Assembly: GCF_006345805.1 (NCBI RefSeq)
Contig: NC_043000.1
Span: 122,450,001 to 122,514,000, forward strand
Source: Octopus sinensis
Taxonomy: Eukaryota
DNA length: 64,000 nt
Direction: 5' to 3'
In this document: one piece after another, positions 1-13,250 of the stretch
Numbering within the stretch: position 1 is the stretch's first letter
Layout: every line of letters begins with the position of its first letter
Translations under genes and position numbers: made by a program
Notes under the pieces: generated by a model
The model's input: the letters and a program-made list of their open reading frames with translations, nothing else
Database searches by the model: none
Told to the model about the DNA's origin: nothing

Positions 1-55
1 CCGGGAACGCTGCCGCTGTTCTCTTTTAGAGAGACTTAGTTATTTTAATATTTCT

Positions 56-104
56 ATTATATATATGTATATATACATATATATATACATATATATATAT
101 ATAT

Positions 105-150
<46 letters not shown>

Positions 151-162
151 TATATATAATAT

Positions 163-227
<65 letters not shown>

Positions 228-232
228 ATATA
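56..232. repeat. (TA)n microsatellite
   Basis: Near-pure TA dinucleotide run. Confidence 0.95.
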
Positions 233-1338
233 CTTTAAACTATTACAAAAGCCTCAAGATTTACAGACTGTGACGATTACTTCTAACAACTGGAGATTTC
301 CGTGTGGAAAAACCTGGTTTAAAATCAACTTTCATTATACTTAGAAATTCTCCATGTCTAAATTTGCTGGTACTTTCAGAAAAATGCATTTTGGTAAAAT
401 GTTAGCAGCTCTGTTTCGTTGAACTCTAAAATAATATCTTTTTGTTTTTCATCTGTCTACATTATATCTTTTCGTATTTCGAAACAAATCATGCTGACAA
501 AATCCCTCTACTCAGTATAGGACGTCTTTTGCGCATCAAATAATATTTATCAAAGATTTCACTCACATCTTCCTCGATAAATGCATCCACAACACCATCA
601 TCATCAATTCTCCTCATTCCTTTTTGTTGTCATTGTTGTAGTTTTTTTTTAAATCCAGACTGCATTTTCGAAATAATAGAGAGGCTGTCTAGATTGTAAA
701 CGGATTATATCGGCTTTGGCAAAGTTTACAATGATATCATCGAAAGCTTATGGTCGAGGTTATAGTGGCGTTGTAATAGACTACAATAAAACTCATGATA
801 TCAAAATGGAAATATACAGGAGGTTATTACATTATAACCGATTAGCAATTCTGGAGAGATTCTTCAGATTCATGCTCTTCTCTTTTAAGTGCAGATGTAA
901 TCTCCATTGTTCCTAGACAAACAGTTTTCTAAGTATCAAGTAACTTTGTTTATATACAGCTAATATTATATACTTATCAGTTTATATACTGTTAATATTA
1001 TATACTTATCTCGTAAGATGCTTATTGAGCATAAATTTAAATTGCCTTTTCCACAATTAACACATAGCAGATCTTGAATCAGCCAAAACATTTTAGTTGG
1101 TATACATATGTGTGTGTCAGGAATTCATGTTATATTTAGTATGCACTTTTCAAACACTTCCAGGCATGTATTTGTAGAGGAACGTCTGTGCTTCTGCAAT
1201 TCATTCTTATCAGCGCCATCTGCATCCAGGTTTGTGATTATCAAATACTTCTTTGTATTTTCAGTCGAAACTTTTAGAAAATATTTCTGAAGAGTTACAG
1301 GAATATACTAAATAGAAAAATCATACGGACATTACTCC

Positions 1339-1524
1339 TTTTCTACTTTAGGCACAAGGCCCGAAATTTCGGTGAGGGGACCAGTCGATTAGATCAACCC
1401 CCAGTATGCAACTGGTACTTAATTTATCGACATCGAAATAATGAAAGGCAAAATTCGACCTCGGCGGAATTTGAACTCAGAACGTAGCGACAGACGAAAT
1501 ACTGCTAAACCAGCTCGCCGCCTT
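1339..1524 (-). mobile_element. tRNA-headed SINE, family A (tail type 1), head partly deleted
   Basis: Reverse complement reads AAGGCGGCGAGCTGG...GAGTTCAAATTCCGCCGAGGTCG (B box GTTCAAATTCC) and ends ...GGGCCTTGTGCCTAAAGTAGAAAAGG; more than 10 homologues in the window. Confidence 0.85.
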
Positions 1525-2276
1525 AATACGAGTATTACTCCAATATTCCACTGTTTACATACGTTTCGATTATAGTGAACTACTCTTAGTAGAAAATACT
1601 AAACACAATAAGTAGAGTTTACTCAACCCGATGAGTAGTGTTAGACACGTACGCAAACATTGCAGGGTAAAGAGTTCTCTGTAGTGAGAAGTAAGTAAGG
1701 ATGTAGTAGCTACTGAAAATAGACTAACAAAATATTACATTGATAAAGCGAAAATTTCAAAGTGAGAGAAGGCGAAAGGTGGAGAAGGAAAAAGTTTAGC
1801 AAATATGTATCATATTTCATTTTATAACGCTGCCCATCCATAACGTATACGCGTTATGAGTCTGCATCTTTTGTATGTTCTGATATATCGGGCTTCTTTC
1901 TATATGCTTAAATAACGGAAATATGATGGTGTTAAAATGTAAATCACCGTACATGGCTGCTCATACTCGAAATTCGGCCATTGTAATCCTATGGAAATTT
2001 CAGCGCCAGTTAACGAAACGCTGCAATGGTTTCTATGAGCACATTGGTAAATGATAATTCCTTTCAACAAGCTACTAGCGATCTGCTTTGTATTGAAAAG
2101 CCGCCGATCCGAATGATCAATTAGAGTGTCAACAGCAGCAGAGGCGGTTATATATCATTACGAACTGGATCCATAAGCAACGGCTTCAACGGATATTTCT
2201 GCAAATTAATATAAGCTACAGGTCCCTGTGTTCTCTCACTATTATTATTATTATTATTATTATTTTTTTTTTTTTT

Positions 2277-2384
2277 CTTCTTTCAAATTTGCTTCCATTT
2301 CTTGCCGAGTGTCTTCCCGACTCCTAGGGCAAAGAAACTCATAGTATACATCGGTAGGCCATTACACCAAACTCAATAGTTCGT

Positions 2385-2385
<1 letters not shown>
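2277..2385 (-). mobile_element. Short 3' UTR fragment of an R4/Dong-like retrotransposon between two (TAA)n tracts
   Basis: Reverse complement TGAGTTTCTTTGCCCTAGGAGTCGGGAAGACACTCGGCAAGAAATGGAAGCAAATTTGAA aligns with the 3' UTR at about 38905-38965, which follows an REL-endonuclease C-terminus. Confidence 0.65.
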
Positions 2386-2437
<52 letters not shown>

Positions 2438-2490
2438 GTTATTATTATTGTTGTTGTTGTTGTTGTTCTTGTTCTTGTTGTTGTTGTGAA

Positions 2491-2816
2491 GGCGCATGGC
2501 TCAGTGGTTAGAGCGTCGAGCTTACGATCGTGAGGTCGTGAGTTCGAATCCCGGACCGGGCTGCGTGTTGTCTTCTTGAACAAAGACACTTTATTTCACG
2601 TTGCTCCAGTTCACTCAGCTGTAGAAATGAGCTGCGACGTCACAGGTACCAAGCTGTATTGGCCCCTTTGCCTTTCCCTTGGATAACACTGGTGACGTGT
2701 AGAGGGGGGTGGTATACATGGGCGACTGCTGGTCTTCCATACACAAACTTGCCCGGACATGTGCCTGGGTGGGTAACTTTCTAGGTGCAATCCCATGGTC
2801 AGTGTCATACTCATAC
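2491..2816 (+). mobile_element. tRNA-derived SINE, family B, with CORE-like body
   Basis: A box TGGCTCAGTGG and B box GTTCGAATCC in a roughly 70-nt tRNA-like head; body CTTGAACAAAGACACTT...CAGTTCACTCAGCTGTAGAAATG resembles the CORE domain; followed by (ATT)n. Confidence 0.8.
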
Positions 2817-2871
<55 letters not shown>

Positions 2872-2880
2872 GTTATTATG

Positions 2881-2916
<36 letters not shown>

Positions 2917-2953
2917 GGTATTATGATTATTATTATTATTATTATCGTTATTG
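2817..2953. repeat. (ATT)n microsatellite
   Basis: Trinucleotide run; source of the poly-I/Y/L ORFs. Confidence 0.95.
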
Positions 2954-3412
2954 ATGATGATGACCTGCCAGAATGGTAAGAACGTCGGTCAAAATGACTT
3001 GCAGCATTTCTTCCGGTTCTTCGAATTCTGAGTTCATTTTTTTTTCTTTATTTCAATTTCGCCTGTCATGCATTTGAAGTTCATAAAATACAGTATAAGC
3101 ACTGTGATCGATATAATCGATTAACAACGCCTCCCGTATAATTGCTGGTCTTGATGCTAAATTACAAACAATTATTTAAAAAAAGTTCCAGGTTGGCCGA
3201 ACCGTTGTTTTGTGGGAACAAATGATTTGCTCTATTTCTCCTTCCGTGTTACGGTTTCTTTTCTTGTTCCGCCCATTTCAATTTTACCTTACATCTTTTG
3301 GGGTCGATATGATAAAGTATCAGTCAAGAACTGGGGTCGATGTAATCGATTAGCCTCACGCTCGAGAATTGCTGGTTTGTACCAAAACTTTTGAAAGAAA
3401 ATTTGCTATTAT

Positions 3413-3789
3413 TTCTTTCTACTCTGGGCACGAGACCGACATTTTGGGGGAGGGGGCCAGTCGATTAGATCGACTTCGGTGGCAACTGGTAGTTAATTTA
3501 TCGACCCCGAAACGATGAAAAGCAAAGTCGACCTCAGCGGAATATGAACACAGAACGTAAATACACGAAATACCTATTTCTTTATAGCCCACATGGGGCT
3601 AAACACAGAGAGGGCAAACAAGGACAGACAAACGGATTAAGTCGATATATATTGACCCCAGTGCGTAACTGATACTTATTTAATCGACCCCAAAAGAATG
3701 AAAGGCAAAGTCGACCTCGGCAGAATTTGAACTCAGAACGCAAAGTATTTCGGCCGGTGTGCTAACAATTCTGCCAGCTCGCCGCCTTC
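3413..3789 (-). mobile_element. SINE family A heterodimer (tail type 2 unit followed by tail type 1 unit)
   Basis: Two SINE-A bodies joined at GAAATACCTATTTC (3567-3580); a single head ending at 3789. Confidence 0.85.
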
Positions 3790-3944
3790 AATCCTAAAAT
3801 GCTGCATAGCCTGTGCCAAAATTTGAAACTATTATTATGGCAGCGAACTGGTAGAATCTGCAGTGCGTCGAACAAAATATTTATCCACGTCTTCCAACTC
3901 TTTACTTTCTAAGATATGTTGTTGTTATCGATGTGGTGGTGGTG

Positions 3945-3952
3945 GATGTGGT

Positions 3953-3987
<35 letters not shown>

Positions 3988-3990
3988 TAA

Positions 3991-4047
<57 letters not shown>
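3945..4047. repeat. (GTG)/(CAG)/(AGT)n compound microsatellite
   Basis: Direct reading. Confidence 0.9.
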
Positions 4048-4048
<1 letters not shown>

Positions 4049-5167
4049 CCAGAAGATCACGACATGTTTAACACCGTTCTAGTTTTTGGGTTACGTCATG
4101 TTCTTCAATATTGACTCATTCCTTTAGTAGCAACTTTTTCGAATTGTTTTATAGAAAGATTAATAATTACTTCAATTTTTCGCCGATTTCGGACAAAAAT
4201 AAGAACGATAATTCGTTATATTTATATAAAATTGCATTTTGTGTTTAGTCGTTGTCACGTATATTTATGAATATACGTGATATATATATATATATATAAA
4301 TCCTGTATATGTATAAATACTTCACTCGCAGAAAAATTCTCTTTTCAACCTATATCTTAGAAATGCCATTCTTTCCTCGCTGTTTGGCCACAAAACAATG
4401 GTATACAGTGGCTTTAATGCGAGAGTAATTTATTTTTTTTAATATAACAACACATCATATACTTTGGTAACTTTCGGCATATGTAAAATAAAATGCAGTG
4501 GCTGAAAGGTTTTGACCCATGTCCTATGATTAGAAATATACTGTACTAAAAAAAACACGAACAAAATTAGTAAAAATTCTCACCTTTAAAGCAATAAGTA
4601 ATCGTGACATTTGTCACAATACGTAATCGAGGCATCCGTCTTCATCATAGTAAAGTAAGGCGTGCGAAAACATGCTGGATGGATCGTTACGCTGAATGGG
4701 CAAAGCTGAAGCTAGTTTATATGACAATATTTAGAAAAAACAACAAAGGAAGTGCCTGAAATATCTTCATATTTACGCGAAATTGAAGCAAATTAGTCGC
4801 CTGATGATGTATGACCAGACTTTAAAATATTATATGGCTTTTTGTTGAATATTATTATCACAATGCTGGTGGCAGTAGCTGAGAATGGCAAAGGGAATAT
4901 GAAGTTAGAAACAGCATGTGATTTCAAGTCTCTGTAGCCCCTTAAGCTCACAGGATCTGTGTATATATATTTGCATGTATTTTTTGTATTATTACTGTTT
5001 TTTTCATTCAAACATATATCTTCTTATCGTATCTCACACCACAACTAAATCATAATTATGTGTATGTATGTGTGTACATATATATATAACTAATGTAGGA
5101 TAAATTTTTTTCTAAAAAATATTTTATCAATGGCCAGCATATCAAAAATACCTTTAAAGGTTTAAAT

Positions 5168-5369
<202 letters not shown>

Positions 5370-5388
5370 GTAATATGTGACAATTATT

Positions 5389-5482
5389 CGGTAGCCATGA
5401 TAAAACTCCGAGTTTCGGATGCCGAGGTGGAAATCCACGCGGCCATCTCTTCAGTTATCTCGCCATCAGAAAAATGCTACCG
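5389..5482 (-). ncRNA. Type I hammerhead ribozyme candidate
   Basis: Minus strand: CGGTAGC-AT-TTTTCTGATGGCGA-GATAA-CTGAAGA-GATG...CATC-C-GAAA-CTCGGAG-T-T-TTATC-ATG-GCTACCG. Core CUGAAGA/GAAA/UH; stem I GATAA:TTATC plus distal CGGTAGC:GCTACCG; long stem II; stem III ACU:AGU. Confidence 0.7.
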
Positions 5483-5499
5483 TTTTTATCAATATATAT

Positions 5500-5549
5500 A
5501 TAGAGAGAGAGAGAGAGAGATAGAAAGAGAGAGAGAGAGAGAGATAGAA

Positions 5550-5581
<32 letters not shown>

Positions 5582-5600
5582 GAGGAGGAGGAGAGACAGA
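5500..5600. repeat. (GA)n-rich microsatellite
   Basis: Direct reading. Confidence 0.9.
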
Positions 5601-7127
5601 CGAACAGGTAGACAGAGACAGAGATGGTGTAATTTATTAATCTAATACACTTTGTGCCGGTGAAATGGAGTTTATCTACCATTAAAGCAAACGACATTTT
5701 ATGAGAATATTTCCCTATATCTCAGTAATCAGTATATCACATAAAATAAAGTCTATGGAACTAATAAGTATTGACCTTGGATGCAAGTTTCGAGAATCAG
5801 AATTAACAGATTCAGGTGAGTGGTTTAGACATTTTTCCAAAGAGAAACACTGACAAGAATCCTGCCTGCTGCGTTCATTAGAATCCTATTTCACATCAAA
5901 ACTAGTTGTCTGCGTTAGTAGTATTGTAACGCTTCCTGTGTTAAATAGCTTCATCTAAAGTATACGCAAGCTTTTCGGAAATCACTTCATAAATAGGCGT
6001 CATGTCGGAAGATCTTATAGTATAATATTCCGCTTGAAGTAATAACTGGCCTACCTCTAAGATAGTTTACACTTGAGACACACTATGGCATATAGTGACA
6101 GTGAAGCACAACACACACACACACATACACACTTAAACACGTAGAGACATCTAAACAAGCGCAATTTGACGTCTATAGAAATATGGAGGACCGAGAAGAC
6201 AAGAAAGTCAGAGTGAAACCGCCATGGTTCTTTTGTTTTTTTCTTTTTCTTTTTGTTGATAATACTTTAGCGCAGCTAACTATTCAACAAATAGACTTGT
6301 CGTCAAAGAGGTCGTTCCAGCCGTAACCACTCCATCTCTCACGATCTAGATTCTCCAGTCTTTATAACAATGACGATAAATTGCTCTATAACTTTGCAAA
6401 ATCGTTGTTGTTTTAGCTCCAGGTCAAGTCAGATCAAACTCATTTATGATCAAATGTATTTTATCGACGTCAATCGATTTTATTTTAAAAGATTGTAGGG
6501 CTGAGTATGTCCTGTAAAGTGCTTTACGGTCGGGTGTTATATGAAAAGATCGGGTGATTGTTTGTAGCATGTTGACTAACACACGGTGTTATTTGTTGAC
6601 TTCCTTTTGTAAGCATATTCATGCTTTTTATTGCCATTAATTATCATTGCCAGTAATGTTGGTCATCGTGAGATGTGAATAGATATGTATATAGAGCCAT
6701 ATATTTAGTCTTGACGTGGGAATAAATTCTGAATGATATACATCTTTATAAGATATATAAACATAGCACAGTATATGTATTTATGCAAATGCCACGCAGT
6801 ATTTGTAGACTATTAAGTAATACTCGGGTGACAACCACGTACAAATATGCATTTTTTATTATTACTTGTATAAAATTGATTGCAAGCTAGCAAATAGTTT
6901 ATTATCCATACTTTCAACAGCTGTGGAATAAGAGATAAGGGTCCCTTGCAAAATTAGTTTAAACCTTGTTTCTAGCTGCCAAAACTCAAATATGTTTCCT
7001 TCGGTTCCATCCAATTAAACAAAATGTCAATGTGTAATGATACTCTTAAGATTTTATATCTGATGTATATGTTGTGGATGTGTGTAAGTTTTTGTGCGAT
7101 CGTGTGCCTGTGAGTTCTTCATATATG

Positions 7128-7196
<69 letters not shown>

Positions 7197-9519
7197 TATA
7201 TATATTTCATATCATATTGTAATATTTGGAAACTAAAAATGTGGGTTCATGACTTTGTTAACACTCTGATCTTCAGGATCTTATATCCATATTTAGCAGT
7301 AAACACTATTCATTTCCTTCTAATGGATTAGTGTTACCATATTTCTAGCTAAAAGACTCTTTCAATTCTTGCTATAGTTGTCGCAAGAACATTAATAGCT
7401 TTCTGAAATGTTTTAATAAATGCGATGTGGAGGTTTTTAGCAACATTTCTCTCAAACTTAGTGGTAGAGAACGAAATAGTTTAATACATTTACGAACCAT
7501 CGACCGAGCAGTGTTCAAGTCTTTTCTTTTTGTGTAGAGTCAATATGTTAAAAATAATCATTTAGTCTTTTCAAAAGAAGATAGGATACATAAAGCGTTT
7601 TGTCACAGGTACTGGGTCTAAGATACGAGAGAGTTGTAATGAATTTTATTATAAATCTGGAAATTCATTGCTGGCTTATGGCTGTATAACAATCCAGGAA
7701 AATCAAATATATTAAGCAAATGCCGAAGGATTCTGCAGAAACACTTTATTTTAAATATCAAATAGCTAGAAGACACGAAAATGTTACCAAAATAAAATTT
7801 TCTTAATTTACAATGTTTCTAAACACGGAAGGAAAGAAAAACATAGCAGCACCCCAATACCTGTCTGCTATAACTGGCAAGAAATCCAATAAATCATTGA
7901 AAATATCGTGCGATAAGAAAACAGCCGTGATTAGCAATGTACTTATTTTGTATTTGAAGTATCTACACAGTAGGCATGAGCGTAGGAGCACAGTATTGAA
8001 AGAATTGGTAAGTAGACTCGAACCAATGACTGCTTGAAACGGTAAAAGTAATTTTTAAAACATTACCAGAAAATTACAAAATATAATGTCTGTATCTCAT
8101 TTGCCCCCACCATATAAACGTCCAGACTTTACACTGGACAACACATTGGTCAGAAATCTGATCTGCAGATATGTTGATAGAAGAGCAGAGAATAATACCG
8201 TATGATACTGATTGTTAAAAGCGTGTATTCATGAATGGAGTGATTATAGGATACTGTACGGAAACTCTAACCGTAGCAACGTTTGGAATAGCTACGAGAA
8301 AGTACTTGATAGCATTTCAAACATAGTTGCATTATATGCGATATATATATATATAAATAAAGCAGCTCGATCATTAATGATATTCGTTAACCATTCTATG
8401 TGAAAATGAAAATATTATTATTAAACGTGAAGAAGAGAGAATTAAAGGCTGCCTTTTCATTCGAAGCGGAATCAGTGTGTGTCTCGTTTTTTTTATTTCA
8501 CTTAGCTCTGAGAGTATTAACAAACATGTTCAAATAACCACTGTTGGATGATACTGTTGACAAGCTACGAGTAATCGTCTCTCGACAGATTACTTGAAGG
8601 TATTTACAAGTGATAGTATCAAACAAAGAATCTCTAAAAAGTTGCTCACAGATTTAACGGAGACGCTGATGTAATTATGGGATTTTTCGATCGTCGCAAA
8701 GCCAGTATTGAGCAGTTAAATTAATTAAAGCTGAGAATATTAACTCAAACATAGACACCGAAATAAAATAATTAGACGTCAACAATCCATACAAATAAAT
8801 GAAATTACATGAAACTGTTAACTTACAACTCATACAAATAAATAGGAATATCAGTAAAGAGTAATATGGAAGAACCAGAATAATTTTGAAAATTGTCTGT
8901 GGGGGAAATAAGACAGTAGGTATAGTAACCGTCCGGATTATAAATAACAGCTGCAATAATAAACTGAAAAACACGTGAATTGAAAAGCTTACACAGAAAA
9001 ACAAGAATATCTTTGATGCGGTCCTGTGCCACCGTCTAAAAAGTAACTGTGACAGGAGATACTTACCTTGCATATAAGAAAGGCTTTATGTGTTACCGAT
9101 ACAAAATTACTATAAAATATCAACAGGAGAGCTATAAAATGCTTTGAAGCAGACAAATTGAAGGTGATAAATATCAAGAAACGTAGGACAAAAAGTGTTA
9201 CCTCTATCTCTCTATATATAAGTAAAAAGTAATATACAAACTGGGAATTTTCTACATAAATATAAAATATTTAAGTGATGAGAAAACTATAGAGATGTTT
9301 GTAAGAAATAATGGGAATAAAAGTGAAATGGTTAAAAGAACAGTCAATGAAAGCTGTATTCCAAAATATATTGAATGAAAAATTAGGGGATAAATTACTG
9401 TATGATAAATTACTATAATGCATCATTGAGAAAGTGAACAATGGCTTAAAACCTCTGGAATAAAAGAAGAAATGCAAGGTCTGCACAAGGCCAGCACCTG
9501 GCTAACAACAATTTCGACT

Positions 9520-9650
9520 CCAGCCCTAAACTGGTACTTAATTTACCGACCTCTAAAGAATGAATGGCAAATTTGAACTTGACGGAATTTGAACTCAGAT
9601 GCTGCTAAATATTTTGCCCGGCGTCCTAACGATTCTGCCATCTTGCCGCC
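9520..9650 (-). mobile_element. Degenerate SINE family A
   Basis: ACTGGTACTTAATTTA...GGAATTTGAACTCAG...CTAACGATTCTGCCA matches the family A reverse complement. Confidence 0.7.
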
Positions 9651-10762
9651 ATCAAAAAGAATAACAGATATTAACATTGAATAAAGATTTATACAATCAG
9701 TATAATGCAGCTGATGTTACTCTGCCCTTGCAAATACGATTATACGATTATATAATTAGACTACAATCTTTGGTAGCTGAACAATTCTCTAACACCTCCA
9801 GGTGGAAACGAACGAGAAGTCATACAAGCATGCGCCAAACATTTTATATGTTAACGACCAAGCTATAACTATTGGTTATATACTAATGCAAACTAACATT
9901 GACATTAAGGAAAATTGTGAAAATAGTACAATTAAGGACTGTATAAAAACTATTTTCATGACGACAGATTGGGATAAATCTTGGTTAATATTTTGTAAGA
10001 TGGAGGAAATGTCAAAATAACAAAATATTAAAATGTCGAAAAAACGACTTGTGGAGAAAAGAAGTATAAAAAGCAGCAAAAATAACTGAAAAAATATGAA
10101 GAAAAAGATAGGAACCGTGCCATTACTCAAAACGTAACACATTATCCAAAAAATACTTCTGCTATTTAGGGACCACTTTCTACGCTGTAGATTTTTCAGG
10201 CAGATCATATTTGAAATAGAATACTTTCCGCACACAGTGGATATCCTATGCACAGCATACCTAAGAAAATAGCAGAAATTACAGAACATGTATTGTCTAT
10301 GATAAACATTCAATAAAATAACTCAACGCTAGTCTTTCAGGTTATCGATACACAAAACGATAACATGAACAACTAATACAACTCGTATTTTACACAGCTC
10401 CTACGATACCGAGATTCAGGTTATTACTGTTGAACCTTTGCAATTCAAGCAGCTGGAAGTAAAATATGAATAAGGAGAGAATTCCGGACGAATGGAATTT
10501 TATAAAGAAACGATTGCGTACGATGATTAATCCGTGATTTGATGAAGGAAACAAAACTAGCATGATAGCTATGGATTACTCACAGAAGGGGACAACCAAT
10601 TATTAAACTTCAACATTTTGCCAAACCTTGCAGGAATATGCCCTAAACACTTGAGAATTTTCAACACTTATTCAAAATATTCTTGATTTTTTTTCATTGT
10701 AAACTTATTTCTTCTATTTTCTGCCGTTGGCCAGATTCTACCACATATTGATAAATATTATA

Positions 10763-11328
10763 TTGGGTTGTCCGGAAAGTTCGTGCCGATTTTTAAAGGA
10801 AAGAAAAAGGTCAATAAATACTTGCCATTACATTTTTAATCAACCAAATATGAACCATTTTGTTGCACAATGCGTCTCCATCTTTCCTTTAACTTGAAAA
10901 TACCCCCTTCCCAGAATTGAGGTGCTTTTATGGCAAATAATTCACCAAGGTATCTTTTTACGTCATTCAAGGAATTGAAATTTTTACTATTAAGACTATT
11001 CTGCAGAGACCCGAATAAGTGGAAATCCGAAGGAGCAATATCTGGTGAATATGGGGTGTGGGGTAACACATCCCATCCGAGCTGCAACAACTATTGTCTG
11101 GTTCCCAAAGCATTAAGTGCCGGATATGAACTTTCTTATCTTCCATTTTAAAGGGTTACAAAATTAACACAGGTTATAGGAACATAAACCTTCTTCCACG
11201 AAAAGATAGTTTAAACAGTGCTTTAAATGGAGGTGTAGTGAAATCCTATTTTATGGACTCAACCATGTTCTAAAATAAGTCTAAATGTAAGCTACTATAA
11301 ATCGGCACGAACTTTCCGGACAACCCAA
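10763..11328 (-). mobile_element. Mariner internal-deletion derivative (566 bp) with perfect 30-bp TIRs and TA target duplication
   Basis: TTGGGTTGTCCGGAAAGTTCGTGCCGATTT (10763-10792) and its exact reverse complement (11299-11328); TA on both flanks; transposase remnants inside. Confidence 0.95.
10836..11146 (-). pseudogene. Mariner transposase remnant: N-terminal 15 codons fused out of frame to the C-terminal catalytic segment
   Basis: ATG at 11146 gives MEDKKVHIRHLMLWE; the downstream frame gives LLQLGWDVLPHTPYSPDIAPSDFHLF...ERWRRIVQQNGSYLVD (mariner YSPDLAPxD motif). Confidence 0.9.
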
Positions 11329-11749
11329 TATACTGGGAAAGGCAAGAGACACGGTTAACATGTTGACAGTTCAATTTCAGTGATAGCTGTTTCCATGCTT
11401 TTATAAAACATTTCTTCCCTGTTCAAGATTAACGTGTTTACATTCTCGTTTTTATTTGCCGCTCTACCACAGCGTCCATTCTATGTTAATTTTCTACGGC
11501 ACGAGATTATTTTCTTTGACTACATTAGAAAGAAATTATACGCTTCCTTTCAACCTTCCATGCATAAGTAAAGCACGTCGCACTTCTGTATTCCTAGATA
11601 TTTAGATCCTATGTATGGTGATCACCATTTGCCTATTATTATTCTTCATTTTCTGCTCACGTAGCTCAGCTAGTTGTACGTGATTTAATTATAATTTACT
11701 AGTGTTTTATCTACAGAAGGAAATAGCGACCATATTCTTATTTTCTTTA

Positions 11750-11762
11750 TCATTACTATTAA

Positions 11763-11824
<62 letters not shown>

Positions 11825-11917
11825 TATTATATTATTATTATTAGTATCATTATTATTATTATTATTTGTTGTTGTTATTATTATTATTATTATTTGTTGT
11901 TGTTGTTATTATTATTA

Positions 11918-11958
<41 letters not shown>

Positions 11959-12075
11959 GTCGTCGTCGTCGTCGCCATCATTAACATTATCATTCCCATC
12001 ATCATCATCACCAGTCTTAATAGCAGCAGTGGCAGTAATAGTCGCAGTAGCAGCGCTGGTAGTGATGGCTGTGAT
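11750..12075. repeat. (ATT)/(GTT)/(GTC)/(CAT)n compound microsatellite
   Basis: Direct reading. Confidence 0.9.
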
Positions 12076-12509
12076 GGTGAAATTCAAAACAATATTTAAA
12101 AGATAGCCGTAAATAAAAAGAAATGCAAGTTGCTAAATACTTAAACACGCGAAATGAAAGAAATTAAAAAAAGAAAGAGGCAACAATGGAAACAGACAGT
12201 AAAAACAAACAATAAAACGGAAAAAGAAAACAAAAAAAATCTGAAGAAAAATAGATGAGATGATGAGTTAGAATAATGAAAATGTTCTGTAATAGCAAAG
12301 ATAAACACAGCAAAGGATAAATAAACTACGAATTTAAGACAGGACAATTAAAATAACAACTAAAAGAAATTAAGCACAATTAATAATGAAAATATCTTAA
12401 CAATAGAATGTCTAATATTATTGAGTTAACAGGAGGAAAACAGAAAGGTAAAAGAATATAAGGACACTTGGTATTTAGGTACATACGTACACACATATAT
12501 ACATAAGTA

Positions 12510-12606
12510 CTTATATTTTATATAATATATATGTGTATATTTTTAGTTATATATATGTATATATATATATCGTATAAAATGCATATATAAAGACACACAC
12601 GCATGA

Positions 12607-12673
<67 letters not shown>

Positions 12674-12719
12674 GCATACATATATGTTTAGATGAACCAT
12701 ATATATATGGAGCATATAT

Positions 12720-12763
<44 letters not shown>

Positions 12764-12780
12764 AGATAAATAGATAGATG

Positions 12781-12822
<42 letters not shown>

Positions 12823-12823
12823 C

Positions 12824-12856
<33 letters not shown>

Positions 12857-12857
12857 T

Positions 12858-12895
<38 letters not shown>

Positions 12896-13039
12896 GATAG
12901 GCACATGGAGAGAAAGAGAGGGGCAAAGAAACAAGATCGCAGACAAACAGATAGTAACATAGACGTTTGGTATGTAGGTTAGTAGCTTGATAAATAGATA
13001 GGCATACTTCACCTACACACATACATAAAAACACAAAAT

Positions 13040-13109
<70 letters not shown>

Positions 13110-13250
13110 TGCGTAAATGTATACATGTCCATGTATAAAAGTATATGTATATACATATATATTTTTGTGTGTCTATGAGTGTGTGTGTGATTTTGAGAAA
13201 GAGAGAGAGAGACTGAGAGAGAGAGACTGAGACAGACAGACAGACAGAGA
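12510..13250. repeat. (TA)n, (GATA)n, (GA)n and (CA)n microsatellite cluster
   Basis: Direct reading. Confidence 0.9.

Noticed and set aside
240-920. Acidic stretch on the minus strand (IDDDGVVDAFIEEDVSE) suggesting a decayed piggyBac or a host exon
   Set aside because: Multiple stops, no catalytic motif and no termini identifiable by eye.
2491-2561. tRNA gene
   Set aside because: A and B boxes are present, but the acceptor and anticodon stems are imperfect and the sequence continues into a SINE body with a microsatellite tail.
8560-10340. Coding-like fragments in unique AT-rich DNA
   Set aside because: Frames are interrupted by stops and match no family I recognise; possibly very old TE debris.
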